From contig OZ024740.1 in the NCBI GenBank assembly GCA_964016885.1, positions 115,568,001 to 115,632,000 on the forward strand: a stretch of 64,000 bases of DNA, read 5' to 3'. The stretch's first letter is position 1, and the number at the start of each line of letters is the position of its first letter. The stretch is from Eledone cirrhosa (Eukaryota). Both the position numbers and the translations under genes were made by a program. Below the pieces are notes generated by a model that saw nothing but the letters and a program-made list of their open reading frames with translations, was not told where the DNA came from and ran no database searches. Shown piece by piece: positions 1 through 12,055 of the stretch.

Positions 1-444
1 GTGTGTGTATGTAATAATTATTTTTTCTAAGTGTGTCAGTTTATATATATATGTATATATAGATTCGTGTGTGTTTGTAATTCTATTGTCTATGTATCTT
101 TCTAAATAAACACACACATACACATATACACTCACATAAATATTACATATAAATATAATTTACACAGACACACATATACATTCACTCAAACACAAATAAT
201 CATAACAGTCAATGTGTGTAGCCAATTCGCTACACATATAGATACACACAGATGTAGCGAATATAGGACACTGCCACCTCTTCTTTACTAAGTCGACGTT
301 ATCACCTCTCCCTTCCTCAGTTTGTCATCACCCCTTCCTTCATCAGTCATCTTTTGTGACGGGCAAATACACAAGCGTATTATAGAGGGAGTTGATTGGT
401 AGATTATTATAGTTTTAGCTATAATAATACGATTATAATTTTTT

Positions 445-635
445 ACGGGCAAGACCAACCGACAGGAGACACAGGGGTAGACACCGAGCAAGATGGTTGG
501 ATAACATCTATGAGCTTGGCTGGTCTCGTTTGGGGATCCAGCTGAATCAGTTGGAGACGGTTGCTTTTGACAGGGCCCGCTGGAAGGAATGTTTGAGGAC
601 CCTGACCCTACGACCCTCTCAAGAATAAGTGAGTG

Positions 636-672
<37 letters not shown>
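445..672 (+). mobile_element. 3' tip of an RTE-clade (Rex3/Expander-like) LINE with (GAC)n tail
   Basis: Translates to PTDRRHRGRHRARWLDNIYELGWSRLGIQLNQLETVAFDRARWKECLRTLTLRPSQE*, matching the RTE C-terminal pattern RPRGRPRTRW..LAWERLGI; short 3' UTR, then a trinucleotide tail. Confidence 0.75.
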
Positions 673-684
<12 letters not shown>

Positions 685-1170
685 AGGAGGAGGAGGAGGA
701 GGAGGAGGAGGAGGAGGAGGAGAAGAAGAAGAAGAAGAAGAAGAAGAAGAAGAAGAAGAAGAAGAAGAAGAAGAAGAAGAAGAAGAAGAAGAAGATTATA
801 GTTGACAATATATCACATCGCTGAAAACTGGGTATTTGGTATTAAGAGGAATATATTTCTGCCAATAACGTCTATTAATTTCTTTCAGCCTTTAAATTCC
901 TTTGTTAGGCTATTTTCTTTTTGAGCTAAAAAAAAAAAAGTAAGTCGATTTCATAGCTGGAATGGAATGGAATGGTTAAAAAACAACGACTTGTTGCTAT
1001 TAATGCTGCTACTGTTGTTATTATTGTTAATGTTGGTGATGGTGGTGGTGGTGGTGGTGGTGGTGGAGGCGGCGGCGGTGGTGGTGTTGGTGGTGGTGAT
1101 GGTGATGGTGGTGGTGTTGGTGGTGTTGGTGTTGGTGGTGGTGGTGTTGGTGTTGGTGGTGGTGATGTTT
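638..1170. repeat. Compound trinucleotide microsatellites (GAC/GAG/AAG, then GGT/GTT)
   Basis: Direct reading. Confidence 0.95.
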
Positions 1171-1574
1171 GCCATGATATGAAGGAAACATTACAAATAC
1201 AAAGTGTCATTCAGCTCAACAAACCAGATAATCAGGGTGGGTAACAGTTATAGATAGATTTTTTTTAGATATTATTTTCATCTTATAGTTTGTTTTGTCT
1301 TTATTTTGTAGGATTTATCTTTTCGTATTTTTATTTAATCGGGAATGTTTTGATTTATTATGGTTTGTTTTGTTTCGTTTTTTTTTTGTTTTGTTTTTTT
1401 TTTATTCACTATATATATACATATTCCTTTTTTTTTTTTTTGGTGTGCCCAAATGCATGTCAGCTGAAATCTAACACTAATTGATATATGGACATTTAGC
1501 CATTGCTGGGTACCACAATTCTAATCATATTATTTAATCGACCGTCGTCATCATTCCTTTTTCCTGCCCTATTA

Positions 1575-1605
<31 letters not shown>

Positions 1606-1651
1606 CATACTCGCTCACACACACATACCCACACACAACCACACCACGCAC

Positions 1652-1790
<139 letters not shown>

Positions 1791-1947
1791 ATGTATATAT
1801 GTATATATATATATATATATACATATATATATTATTTGTTTCATTTTTTGATATTTTCTTATGGAAGTATCCAGTATCCATTCTTATCAGTAAAAGGAAT
1901 TTCGCCAAGTGAAATTGACTTTTCTAAACAGTCCTATTCTATATATG

Positions 1948-2086
<139 letters not shown>

Positions 2087-2320
2087 GCGTGTGTGTGTGC
2101 GTGTGTGCGTGTTTGTGTGTGTATCTGTGCGCGCGCGCGTGTGTGTGTGTGTGGAAGTGAAAGTTTATTTCATCGTGTAACTATCTTAATCCACAATGTT
2201 GAGGAATGTGTCACGCACAACTCGAAAGATGCATTGATGGTGATTCTCTAAAGGTAAATGTGGAAAGGACAACTATAACAAGTACCGTGGGTTATCTTTC
2301 ATTCTGGTACTGCTCATTTG

Positions 2321-2379
2321 TCTACCTTCAGGTGCGTATTCTACCTTCAGGTGCGTATTCTACCTTCAGGTGCGTATTC
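2321..2379 (+). repeat. Three tandem copies of a 19-bp unit TCTACCTTCAGGTGCGTAT
   Basis: Direct reading; no spacers between units. Confidence 0.9.
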
Positions 2380-2551
2380 AGGGTACTCAACGTTTCGGTA
2401 ATCGAAGAAAACTGTCAGAATCACCGTTATTAAATCATTCATCGTTTGCTTAAATTTAACTTGAAGAAGAAGAAGAAAGAAGAAGAAGAAGAAGAAGAAG
2501 AAGAAGAAGAAGAAGAAGAAGAAGAAGAAGAAGAAGAAGAAGAAGAAGAAG

Positions 2552-2582
<31 letters not shown>

Positions 2583-2584
2583 TT

Positions 2585-2631
<47 letters not shown>

Positions 2632-2909
2632 ATATATTTATATATTAACAACATATATATGGTGGAGTGTATGTTTGTATATATGTATATAAATGTTATT
2701 TTGTGCGTTTAGTCTTACATAAGTTTTAACGCTTTTGCGACTATATGTACAGATGTTTACGTTTTCGAATTTGGAGATGTTCGGACATGTGGTTGGTAAA
2801 TAATTATCTTTTTTGTATTGTTTAATGATTCTGGAGAATTCACAACAGTATTTGAAAGAAACGTTCGTAAATCTATTAAATAATGTAATTAAACCCTGGT
2901 TATTTATTC

Positions 2910-3022
<113 letters not shown>

Positions 3023-4109
3023 ATATACATATATATATATATAGGACGAACTCTGAGAAGAAACAAAATAAAAACAAATAAAGAAAATATACCAAGATGA
3101 TTTGAATGCAACATTTTGTGGAGCAAAAGACAAATTTGAAAAGACAAAGTGTAATTACAGCTTGAAACAGACATTTTTTCAACCATTCAAAAACCTCACT
3201 TTGCATTTATCAGTTATTAGGTGTCAACATTTTCGAAATTGTTGACACCAATAAACAAATGATAAATTTAAATGAGGTTAAAGCTTTTTGAGTTTTTCTC
3301 AACAAACAAGTAGAGACGCGAAATTTTGGAAGCTTCACCCAGGCTACCAAATTCTGAGAGACACTGTTGCATGTTGCCTAAAGGTATCCAAGTTATTGGC
3401 CTCCTCACGATGAGGCCTGAAAATTGATCATTGATCTCTGATCTCGATCAGGCGAACTACAACAACAGTCTCATACGCAAGAAGAAGAAGCAAGAAGATG
3501 TTGCTTAAAGAAGATAACAACTAGGCAAAAACTTAACTTCATTGAATAGAATATCTCACTGAAAATTTATTTCGGTCCAAAAACTTGACATGAAAAAATA
3601 GACAATCTTCTACACTGAAAGATATTTTGTAGTTACAGTGGAACTGTGTCATTGACCAGGTCACAACAGTGCAACGGAAATTTTGACACCAAGAAATAAT
3701 AAATGTATAGTAAAGATAAAGTTTTGTATAGGAGAGGGGCGTGTTATGTATGTGTATATTTGTGTTGGTGGGTGAGAGAGAAATGGAGAGAAAGAGAATG
3801 GAGTGTGTTTGAATAGCAAATATGGTTATTCCAGGCTATAATTACTTTAGTTTTAAGACTCGGTCTCAGATCAAGTCACTTGCCACACAAATACAAGAAA
3901 AATAAAGGGAAAAAAAGGACTTTCTACTTTGATGCCTTTTACAGACGATCTTTCTTCAATTTTCACAATTCTTCTATAATTCCATGTAGTTATTTATGGC
4001 ATTTTTACCCCACCTCACTCCCCACTATCTGTTGGATGAGATGACAAACAAATAGTTATGACTATCATTCTGCTTCTCTCTCTCTCTCCCTCTCTATCTA
4101 TCTATCTAT

Positions 4110-4164
4110 CTATCTATCAATCTATCTATCTATTTCTCCCTCTCTCAGTATATATATTTTTGTG

Positions 4165-4238
<74 letters not shown>

Positions 4239-4321
4239 TGTGTGTGTGTGTGTGTGTGTATAAACATGTTTGTATTATGTTTATATATAGAGGGTGTGAG
4301 AGAAATATATATACATATATA

Positions 4322-4365
<44 letters not shown>

Positions 4366-4457
4366 CATATATATGTATATATATTTCTCTCACACCCTCT
4401 ATATATAAACATAATACAAACATGTATATACACACACACACACACACCTATATATAT

Positions 4458-4491
<34 letters not shown>

Positions 4492-4555
4492 ATATACATA
4501 CACAAAAATATATATACTGAGAGAGCGAGAAATAAATAGATAGATAGATAGATAT
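4110..4555. repeat. Near-perfect fold-back (inverted repeat) centred on a (TA)n tract
   Basis: 4258-4330 is the reverse complement of 4360-4432; outer arms TCTCTCAGTATATATATTTTTGTGTATGTA / TACATACACAAAAATATATATACTGAGAGA. Confidence 0.85.
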
Positions 4556-4660
4556 ATATATATCCGTTTAATCTACATAAATAACTTCAAACATTCATCT
4601 TCTCTCCTTCACTGACATAACTAGAGAACGAAACGAGAACGCGAGAGAAGGGGCGGGGGG

Positions 4661-4695
<35 letters not shown>

Positions 4696-5124
4696 AATGA
4701 AGGATGAAACAAAGAAGATGATGTTTAAAGAGTAAAGAAAAATGTCGGTAATTCTTATCCCCCTCGATTATTTTCGCCAACAGCAGGCGTTTGCTTTTTT
4801 TGCACTTGTGTAACGATAGAAATGTATGTGCAATGCATACTATGCGTAAACGTGTAGTGTTCAACATCCTCACACACATTCACACACATACACACAGATA
4901 CGTAAAAATATACACGCACGCACTATATGTATGTATATATATATATATCTATATATCTACATATATGTGTGTCTATACAGAGAGAGATTGAGATGGATAG
5001 TTAGATACATACATATACATATATATATATATACAAGTGTACATATATGTTATTATACGTACACACACATATATATGTGTGTTACTGTATGTTTATGTGT
5101 GTATATATAAAGATACACACACAC

Positions 5125-5241
<117 letters not shown>

Positions 5242-5242
5242 A

Positions 5243-5430
5243 AGAAAGTGTGGTAATAAACCAGGTGGACCATTACGCACCAGAGTACTCGATATTTAGG
5301 GTTGTAGAGTGTGTAATAGGAAAAGTGTCAGGACCCCGACGGCTGAGCTCCGGCCGTTAAGACAGAGTTCGGACAGAGCTGTCGAAACAGCCGGAGATCA
5401 GCCGTCGAGGTCCTGACTCTTTTCCTATTA
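5243..5430. mobile_element. Penelope pLTR-like remnant, family 4 (inverted half-hammerheads)
   Basis: Homologous to 7021-7295 and 13221-13600; contains GAAAC..GCCGTC in both orientations; flanked by (TA)n. Confidence 0.6.
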
Positions 5431-5431
5431 A

Positions 5432-5519
<88 letters not shown>

Positions 5520-5521
<2 letters not shown>

Positions 5522-5706
5522 CTGTTTCTACTTTAGGCACAAGGCCAGCAATTACCCAGTGCATTACTGGTACTTTATTTTATCGACCCCGTAAGGATGA
5601 AAGGCAAAGTCAACCTCGGCGGGATTTGAACTCAGATCGTAAAGGGCCGTAACTCTATGCGCCAAAGCATGGCGTGCGACCCTCTACCGATACTGCCAAT
5701 CCACCT
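5520..5706 (-). mobile_element. tRNA-derived SINE (short subfamily)
   Basis: Minus strand has A box TGGCAGTATCGG, B box GTTCAAATCC and central domain GCCTTTCATCCTTACGGGGTCGATAAAATAAAGTACCA; about 20 copies in the window. Confidence 0.9.
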
Positions 5707-5719
5707 ATATATATATATA

Positions 5720-5893
5720 TAACATAAGTTATTCTGGGTTGAATCGGAGGTAACCACAGTAAGTATGGTACTCAATACATAGCAGAGTATAAATGTTTTA
5801 ATATAGAAAGGTTACTACAGGACTAGAAATGTTTTATTCGTGAGAAATCATCAGGAAGCTTCCTAGTCCTGTAGAAGCTCTTCTATATTAAAA
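5720..5893 (-). mobile_element. Hammerhead-bearing pLTR remnant, family 3 (core GAAA mutated) with a short inverted segment
   Basis: Homologous to 11838-11972; minus strand CTGATGA TTTC TCAC GAAT AAAAC. Confidence 0.7.
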
Positions 5894-6009
5894 TATATAT
5901 ATAAATATAGGGCGTCCCAAAAAAATGTATACATATATTTATGAGAATGCAGTTAAAGTGTATATACATTTTTGAGACACCCTCAATATATATATATATA
6001 TATATGCAA

Positions 6010-6097
6010 GTGTCCGAAGAATCTGCTGATCTAGAATCAGACAGATCCATACAATGATCGTGTCTTGAGCTGTCTGCCGGCGAAACAATTGTAACAC
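6010..6097 (+). ncRNA. Degenerate type I hammerhead ribozyme
   Basis: GTGT-CCGAAGA-(long stem II region)-GAAA-CAATTG-TA-ACAC, followed by AATAAA; core U4 changed to C. Confidence 0.5.
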
Positions 6098-6978
6098 ACA
6101 ATAAACTGAGTCCAGATGCATCACTGATTTTTCGTTTTATATTATATTATATATATATATATATATATATTAATTGAGTTCTTTACACGAGGAATTAATA
6201 TTGGTTTGGAAATAACTAATTAACCCGCGTGTGTTTTATATTTTACTCTTAATAATTCGGCCGGAGAATTATATTCCCATTAGCCCTTTATAGCATAACT
6301 TTCTGCATTTACTGCGGTTATGAGAAGCGGTTCTTATTCGGGTACAACTTCTGATTTAGCCTAAGAAAATATCTATATGCGTGTGTAATTTATACAAGCA
6401 TATATTTATTTTTTTATTTTCAATTGAGTTCTTAAACACGTTGGATTGATAATGTTTTCAAAAAAACTAATTAACCCGCGTGTATATTATTTTTTTCCTC
6501 ATTTCGTGAGTTGTCTCCCCTTCCCGCTTCGTGTCGCTATGATACTTCCTCAGTCAAAAACTGCTGGAATTTCAAATTTGGCGGTCATTCGAGGCGAGAG
6601 AGAGCTACTTTACGGACATGATTTTTGACAGCGGTAAGAAATGGTTTTCTTATATCAATGTTTAATGGGCGTCCACTGATGATTTATAAGTGCCCACCTA
6701 AATATATTCTTACATGAATATATATTAGGCTTCTACATAAACTGGAAACATTCTCCCAAACTTGTAGAAAACTTATAATGAAACAATTGTTTGGAAAGAG
6801 AGATATACTTTAACTTTAATTATATCTCATAAAATAATACAACTGGTTTTTCCACATTATACATATTGTTAGCACCCCAAACACTTAAATTGGGTTTATA
6901 TTTTAATATAACCTAATGTTTGTTGAGTGAGATGGTTACCAGTCAGAGAATAGCTTTAAACTATCTCTGTTATTGTAT

Positions 6979-7020
<42 letters not shown>

Positions 7021-7021
<1 letters not shown>

Positions 7022-7292
7022 CGAAGGAGTTGTGGTAAGGAACCAGATGGACCATAACGCACCAGAGTACTCAATACTTAGGGTAGTAATAGGAAAATGT
7101 ATGACCCCGACGGTAGAGCTCAAGCCGTTTCGACGGCTATTTCTGGACTAAATTTAGTCCAGAAATAGCCGTCGAAACGGCTTGAGCTCTGCCGTCGGGG
7201 TCATACTTTTTCCTAATTCCTACTCTACTACCCTAAGTATTGAGTACCCTGGTGCGTTATGGTCCATCTGGTTCCTTACCACAATTACTTTG

Positions 7293-7295
<3 letters not shown>
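7021..7295. mobile_element. Palindromic pLTR remnant, family 4, made of two inverted 3' halves of a hammerhead
   Basis: Symmetry axis 7152/7153 (GGACTAAA|TTTAGTCC); each arm reads GAAA-CGGC-TTGAGCTCT-RCCG-TC-GGGGTC; flanked by (TA)n. Confidence 0.8.
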
Positions 7296-7327
<32 letters not shown>

Positions 7328-7372
7328 CGAAACATAAGTCAATTGCATGAACTCACTCATAACCCTTTATTT

Positions 7373-7428
7373 ACTGCTATATATATTTCGATGATAGCCA
7401 TTGACTGGCTATGACCTCATCAGGCAGT
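7373..7428 (-). ncRNA. Type I hammerhead ribozyme
   Basis: Minus strand ACTGC-CTGATGA-GGTCATAGCCA..TGGCTATCATC-GAAA-TATATA-TA-GCAGT, then AAATAAA. Confidence 0.75.
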
Positions 7429-7486
7429 TAGTCAGTTCTTAGATATGCCAGCTCTGTGTTTCTAGTATTGATGGTATCAGAGCCTT

Positions 7487-7544
<58 letters not shown>

Positions 7545-7549
<5 letters not shown>

Positions 7550-9102
7550 GAAGTTAGTAAGCCCGTGGGTACTAAGTACCCCTGGAAATACATAGGTTGT
7601 CTATGATTTAAGGTTGTTCTATGGTATCAATTTGACATACCAGAACTATAATATTAATATAAGCAGAACAAGCAAAATTCAACCAATTTTTTAAAATAAA
7701 TTAAAAAATATAATTTAAATATTTACCTATTCGTATGGCTCTTACCGATCGGTTTCGCCTTGTAAAACACCAGAGACCCAATGGATTTCTAATGGAAAAT
7801 CAAGGCTCATCAGAGAAGCATTTTCCTTTCCTAGGGCTAAAGACCCAGGAACGATAAAATATATTGTTATCTGCCAGCTAGCACAGATCCAAAAGGCCGA
7901 AAAATGACCTGTACGTGAACTACCCGAGGTTAAAGCGGGAAAAACATAGACGTGTTGTCTATCTCGTTACTAAAAATAGCAGCTAAATAGAATCAACATG
8001 ATTGTTCTCAACAAATGGAGGGTGATAGAAGAAGTTAGTAAGCCCGTGGGTACTAAGTACCCCTGGAAATACATAGGTTGTCTATGATTTAAGGTTGTTC
8101 TATGGTATCAATTTGACATACCAGAACTATAATATTAATATAAGCAGAACAAGCAAAATTCAACCAATTTTTTAAAATAAATTAAAAAATATAATTTAAA
8201 TATTTACCTATTCGTATGGCTCTTACCGATCGGTTTCGCCTTGTAAAACACCAGAGACCCAATGGATTTCTAATGGAAAATCAAGGCTCATCAGAGAAGC
8301 ATTTTCCTTTCCTAGGGCTAAAGACCCAGGAACGATAAAATATATTGTTATCTGCCAGCTAGCACAGATCCAAAAGGCCGAAAAATGACCTGTACGTGAA
8401 CTACCCGAGGTTAAAGCGGGAAAAACATAGACGTGTTGTCTATCTCGTTACTAAAAATAGCAGCTAAATAGAATCAACATGATTGTTCTCAACAAATGGA
8501 GGGTGATAGAAGAAGTTAGTAAGCCCGTGGGTACTAAGTACCCCTGGAAATACATAGGTTGTCTATGATTTAAGGTTGTTCTATGGTATCAATTTGACAT
8601 ACCAGAACTATAATATTAATATAAGCAGAACAAGCAAAATTCAACCAATTTTTTAAAATAAATTAAAAAATATAATTTAAATATTTACCTATTCGTATGG
8701 CTCTTACCGATCGGTTTCGCCTTGTAAAACACCAGAGACCCAATGGATTTCTAATGGAAAATCAAGGCTCATCAGAGAAGCATTTTCCTTTCCTAGGGCT
8801 AAAGACCCAGGAACGATAAAATATATTGTTATCTGCCAGCTAGCACAGATCCAAAAGGCCGAAAAATGACCTGTACGTGAACTACCCGAGGTTAAAGCGG
8901 GAAAAACATAGACGTGTTGTCTATCTCGTTACTAAAAATAGCAGCTAAATAGAATCAACATGATTGTTCTCAACAAATGGAGGGTGATAGAAGAAGTTAG
9001 TAAGCCCGTGGGTACTAAGTACCCCTGGAAATACATAGGTTGTCTATGATTTAAGGTTGTTCTATGGTATCAATTTGACATACCAGAACTATAATATTAA
9101 TA
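7545..9102 (-). mobile_element. 481-bp tandem array (3.2 copies) of a hammerhead-containing non-coding unit (retrozyme / Penelope pLTR-like, family 1)
   Basis: Unit start GAAGAAGTTAGTAAG recurs at 7547, 8028, 8509 and 8990; copies look identical; hammerheads at 7735-7821, 8216-8302 and 8697-8783 on the minus strand; no ORF. Confidence 0.92.
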
Positions 9103-9634
9103 TTTTTTAATTTATTTTAAAAAATTGGTTGAATTTTGCTTGTTCTGCTTATATTAATATTATAGTTCTGGTATGTCAAATTGATACCATAGAACAACCT
9201 TAAATCATAGACAACCTATGTATTTCCAGGGGTACTTAGTACCCACGGGCTTACTAACTTCTTCTATCACCCTCCATTTGTTGAGAACAATCATGTTGAT
9301 TCTATTTAGCTGCTATTTTTAGTAACGAGATAGACAACACGTCTATGTTTTTCCCGCTTTAACCTCGGGTAGTTCACGTACAGGTCATTTTTCGGCCTTT
9401 TGGATCTGTGCTAGCTGGCAGATAACAATATATTTTATCGTTCCTGGGTCTTTAGCCCTAGGAAAGGAAAATGCTTCTCTGATGAGCCTTGATTTTCCAT
9501 TAGAAATCCATTGGGTCTCTGGTGTTTTACAAGGCGAAACCGATCGGTAAGAGCCATATGAATAGGTAAATATTTAAATTATATTTTTTAATTTATTTTA
9601 AAAAATTGGTTGAATTTTGCTTGTTCTGCTTATA

Positions 9635-9640
<6 letters not shown>
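9101..9640 (+). mobile_element. Inverted ~1.1-unit copy of the 481-bp repeat
   Basis: Reverse complement of the array unit with a ~60-bp terminal redundancy; ends in (TA)n. Confidence 0.92.
9471..9557 (+). ncRNA. Type I hammerhead ribozyme (family 1), predicted GUA cleavage after 9549
   Basis: GCTTCT-CTGATGA-GCCTTG..CAAGGC-GAAA-CCGATCGG-TA-AGAGC; all core nucleotides and stems I-III present. Confidence 0.9.
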
Positions 9641-9719
<79 letters not shown>

Positions 9720-9893
9720 GTAGGGGTTATATTTAATTTTGTTGGGATACAACAAGCTAAATATTTTTATAACTGATATAAAGCACTCAACAAATTATTG
9801 GAGTAAATATACACTATCCAGGAGATTCCAACCAGAATGGTTGCATTTTTTAAGGGTATGTCAATATTTATTTATAAAACTAACCTATATTAT

Positions 9894-9957
9894 ATTTTAT
9901 CTGATGAAAGCGCACCATAGTTTGCTCTGGTGGCCCTTGAAATATGATTAATGAAAT
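9894..9957 (+). ncRNA. Degenerate type I hammerhead ribozyme
   Basis: ATTTTAT-CTGATGA-..CACCA..TGGTG..-GAAA-TATGAT-TA-ATGAAAT; stem III mismatched. Confidence 0.45.
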
Positions 9958-10081
9958 AAATATGGTTTTATAAATATAGTTTCCATTTGTTAATATATTG
10001 TATATATATGTATATATACACACACGTACATACATATATGCATACATATACATGTTTGTATACATACATAAATACATATAC

Positions 10082-10189
<108 letters not shown>

Positions 10190-10229
10190 AAGAAAGAGAG
10201 AAAGAGTGTGTGTGTATGACTGAGAGATA

Positions 10230-10270
<41 letters not shown>

Positions 10271-10274
<4 letters not shown>

Positions 10275-11046
10275 AATAAGGTTAATATATATCTGAGGGT
10301 ACAATGTACCCCCGGAAATATATAGTGTGTCTATGATTTAAGGTGGTTCTATGGTAATAATTTGATATACCAGAACTTAATATCAAGATAAGCAGAACAA
10401 GTAAAATTCAACCAATTTTTCAAAATAAATCAAAATTAATATACAATTAAAATTAATCAAAATTAAAAAATATAATATAAATATTTACCTATTCAAATGG
10501 TCCTAACTGTACAGTTTCACGGTGCAAAACATTAAATATCACGAGGATATTAATGGAAAAGCAACGATCATCAGAGAAGCATTTTCCTGTCCTAGGGTTA
10601 AAAACCCCAGGAACGACAAAATATATGACCTCACTCCAACTAATACAGGTCTAAAAGGTCGTGAAAGTGACCCGTAAATACATTGGTGTATAGTGAAGGC
10701 GGGAAATCGTAGACTAGCCGTCTATAATCGCTACTAAAAAAGATTTTTAGCAACTAAATAGATCGACAAAGATTTATCTCTACATACTGGAGATTATTGA
10801 ATAAGGTTAATATATATCTGAAGGTACAATGTACCCCCGGAAATATATAGTGTGTCTATGATTTAAGGTGGTTCTATGGTAATAATTTGATATACCAGAA
10901 CTTAATATCAAGATAAGCAGAACAAGTAAAATTCAACCAATTTTTCAAAATAAATCAAAATTAATATACAATTAAAATTAATCAAAATTAAAAAAATATA
11001 ATATAAATATTTACCTATTCAAATGGCCCTAACTGTACAGTTTCAC

Positions 11047-11049
<3 letters not shown>
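10271..11049 (-). mobile_element. 525-bp tandem repeat (1.5 copies), diverged relative of family 1 (family 2)
   Basis: ATTGAATAAGG at 10271 and 10796; colinear with the 481-bp unit; flanked by (TA)n. Confidence 0.88.
10497..10582 (-). ncRNA. Type I hammerhead ribozyme (family 2), GUU triplet
   Basis: Minus strand GCTTCT-CTGATGA-TCGTTGC..GCACCGT-GAAA-CTGTACAG-TT-AGGAC. Confidence 0.75.
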
Positions 11050-11089
<40 letters not shown>

Positions 11090-11101
11090 TTAATATAGAA
11101 G

Positions 11102-11152
11102 AGATTCTACAGGACTAGAACTGTTTCATTCATTAGAAATCATCAGGAATCT
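11102..11152 (-). ncRNA. Minimal type I hammerhead ribozyme (family 3, inverted copy)
   Basis: Reverse complement of 11838-11888. Confidence 0.85.
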
Positions 11153-11837
11153 GGGTATCAAAAAATAAATATGGTATTTATAGGTCTCTACAAGTGGTAG
11201 GAGAGGGTGGGGAGTGGGATGGGTGCAGGTCATTGGTTGATAGAAAAGGGAATTCATTAAAAGCTAATTCTACAAAGCTATAGTTTATTTTTATTTTTAT
11301 TTTTATTTATTTATGTGTTTAGAGTAACAAGGGCAGACAGAATGGAAAAGCAACGATCATCAGAGAAGCATTTTATATGACCTCACTCCAACTAATACAG
11401 GTCTAAAAGGTCGTGAAAGTGACCCGTAAATACATTGGTGTATAGTGAAGGCGGGAAATCGTAGACTAGCCGTCTATAATCGCTACTAAAAAAGATTTTT
11501 AGCAACTAAATAGATTCTAAAAAGAATCTCCCTTTTCTTTAATTCTATCGACCATGACTGACCCCCCACTGATTTTATAGACATCTGTTAGCTTAAGAGA
11601 AACTTATTGACAAGGAATGGTATGCCATCCGGAACCTGTTTATAGAATTCTGTCTGCCCTTGTTACTCTAAAAACATAAATAAATAAAAATAAAAATAAA
11701 AATAAACTATAGCTTTGTAGAATTAGCTTTTAATGAATTCCCTTTTCTATCAACCAATGACCTGCACCCATCCCACTCCCCACCCTCTCCTACCACTTGT
11801 AGAGACCTATAAATACCATATTTATTTTTTGATACCC

Positions 11838-11888
11838 AGATTCCTGATGATTTCTAATGAATGAAACAGTTCTAGTCCTGTAGAATCT
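11838..11888 (+). ncRNA. Minimal type I hammerhead ribozyme (family 3), GUA triplet
   Basis: AGATTC-CTGATGA-TTTC TAAT GAAT-GAAA-CAG TTCTAGTC CTG-TA-GAATCT. Confidence 0.88.
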
Positions 11889-11970
11889 CTTCTATATTAA
11901 AACTGTTATACTCTGCTATGTATTGAGTACCTTACTTACTGTGGTTACCTCCGATTCAACCCGGAATAAC

Positions 11971-12051
<81 letters not shown>

Positions 12052-12055
<4 letters not shown>

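Larger units (their letters stand above)
11086..11972. mobile_element. Family 3 pLTR-like element: inverted arms 11086-11343 / 11647-11903 with a captured family 2 fragment (11341-11515) between them
   Basis: Arms are reverse complements; the middle segment matches 10552-10762 with an internal deletion. Confidence 0.8.

Noticed and set aside
2321-2379. Short direct repeats as CRISPR
   Set aside because: No spacers, no cas genes, eukaryotic context
6665-6770. CTGATGA followed by GAAAC as a hammerhead
   Set aside because: Stems I and III could not be paired convincingly
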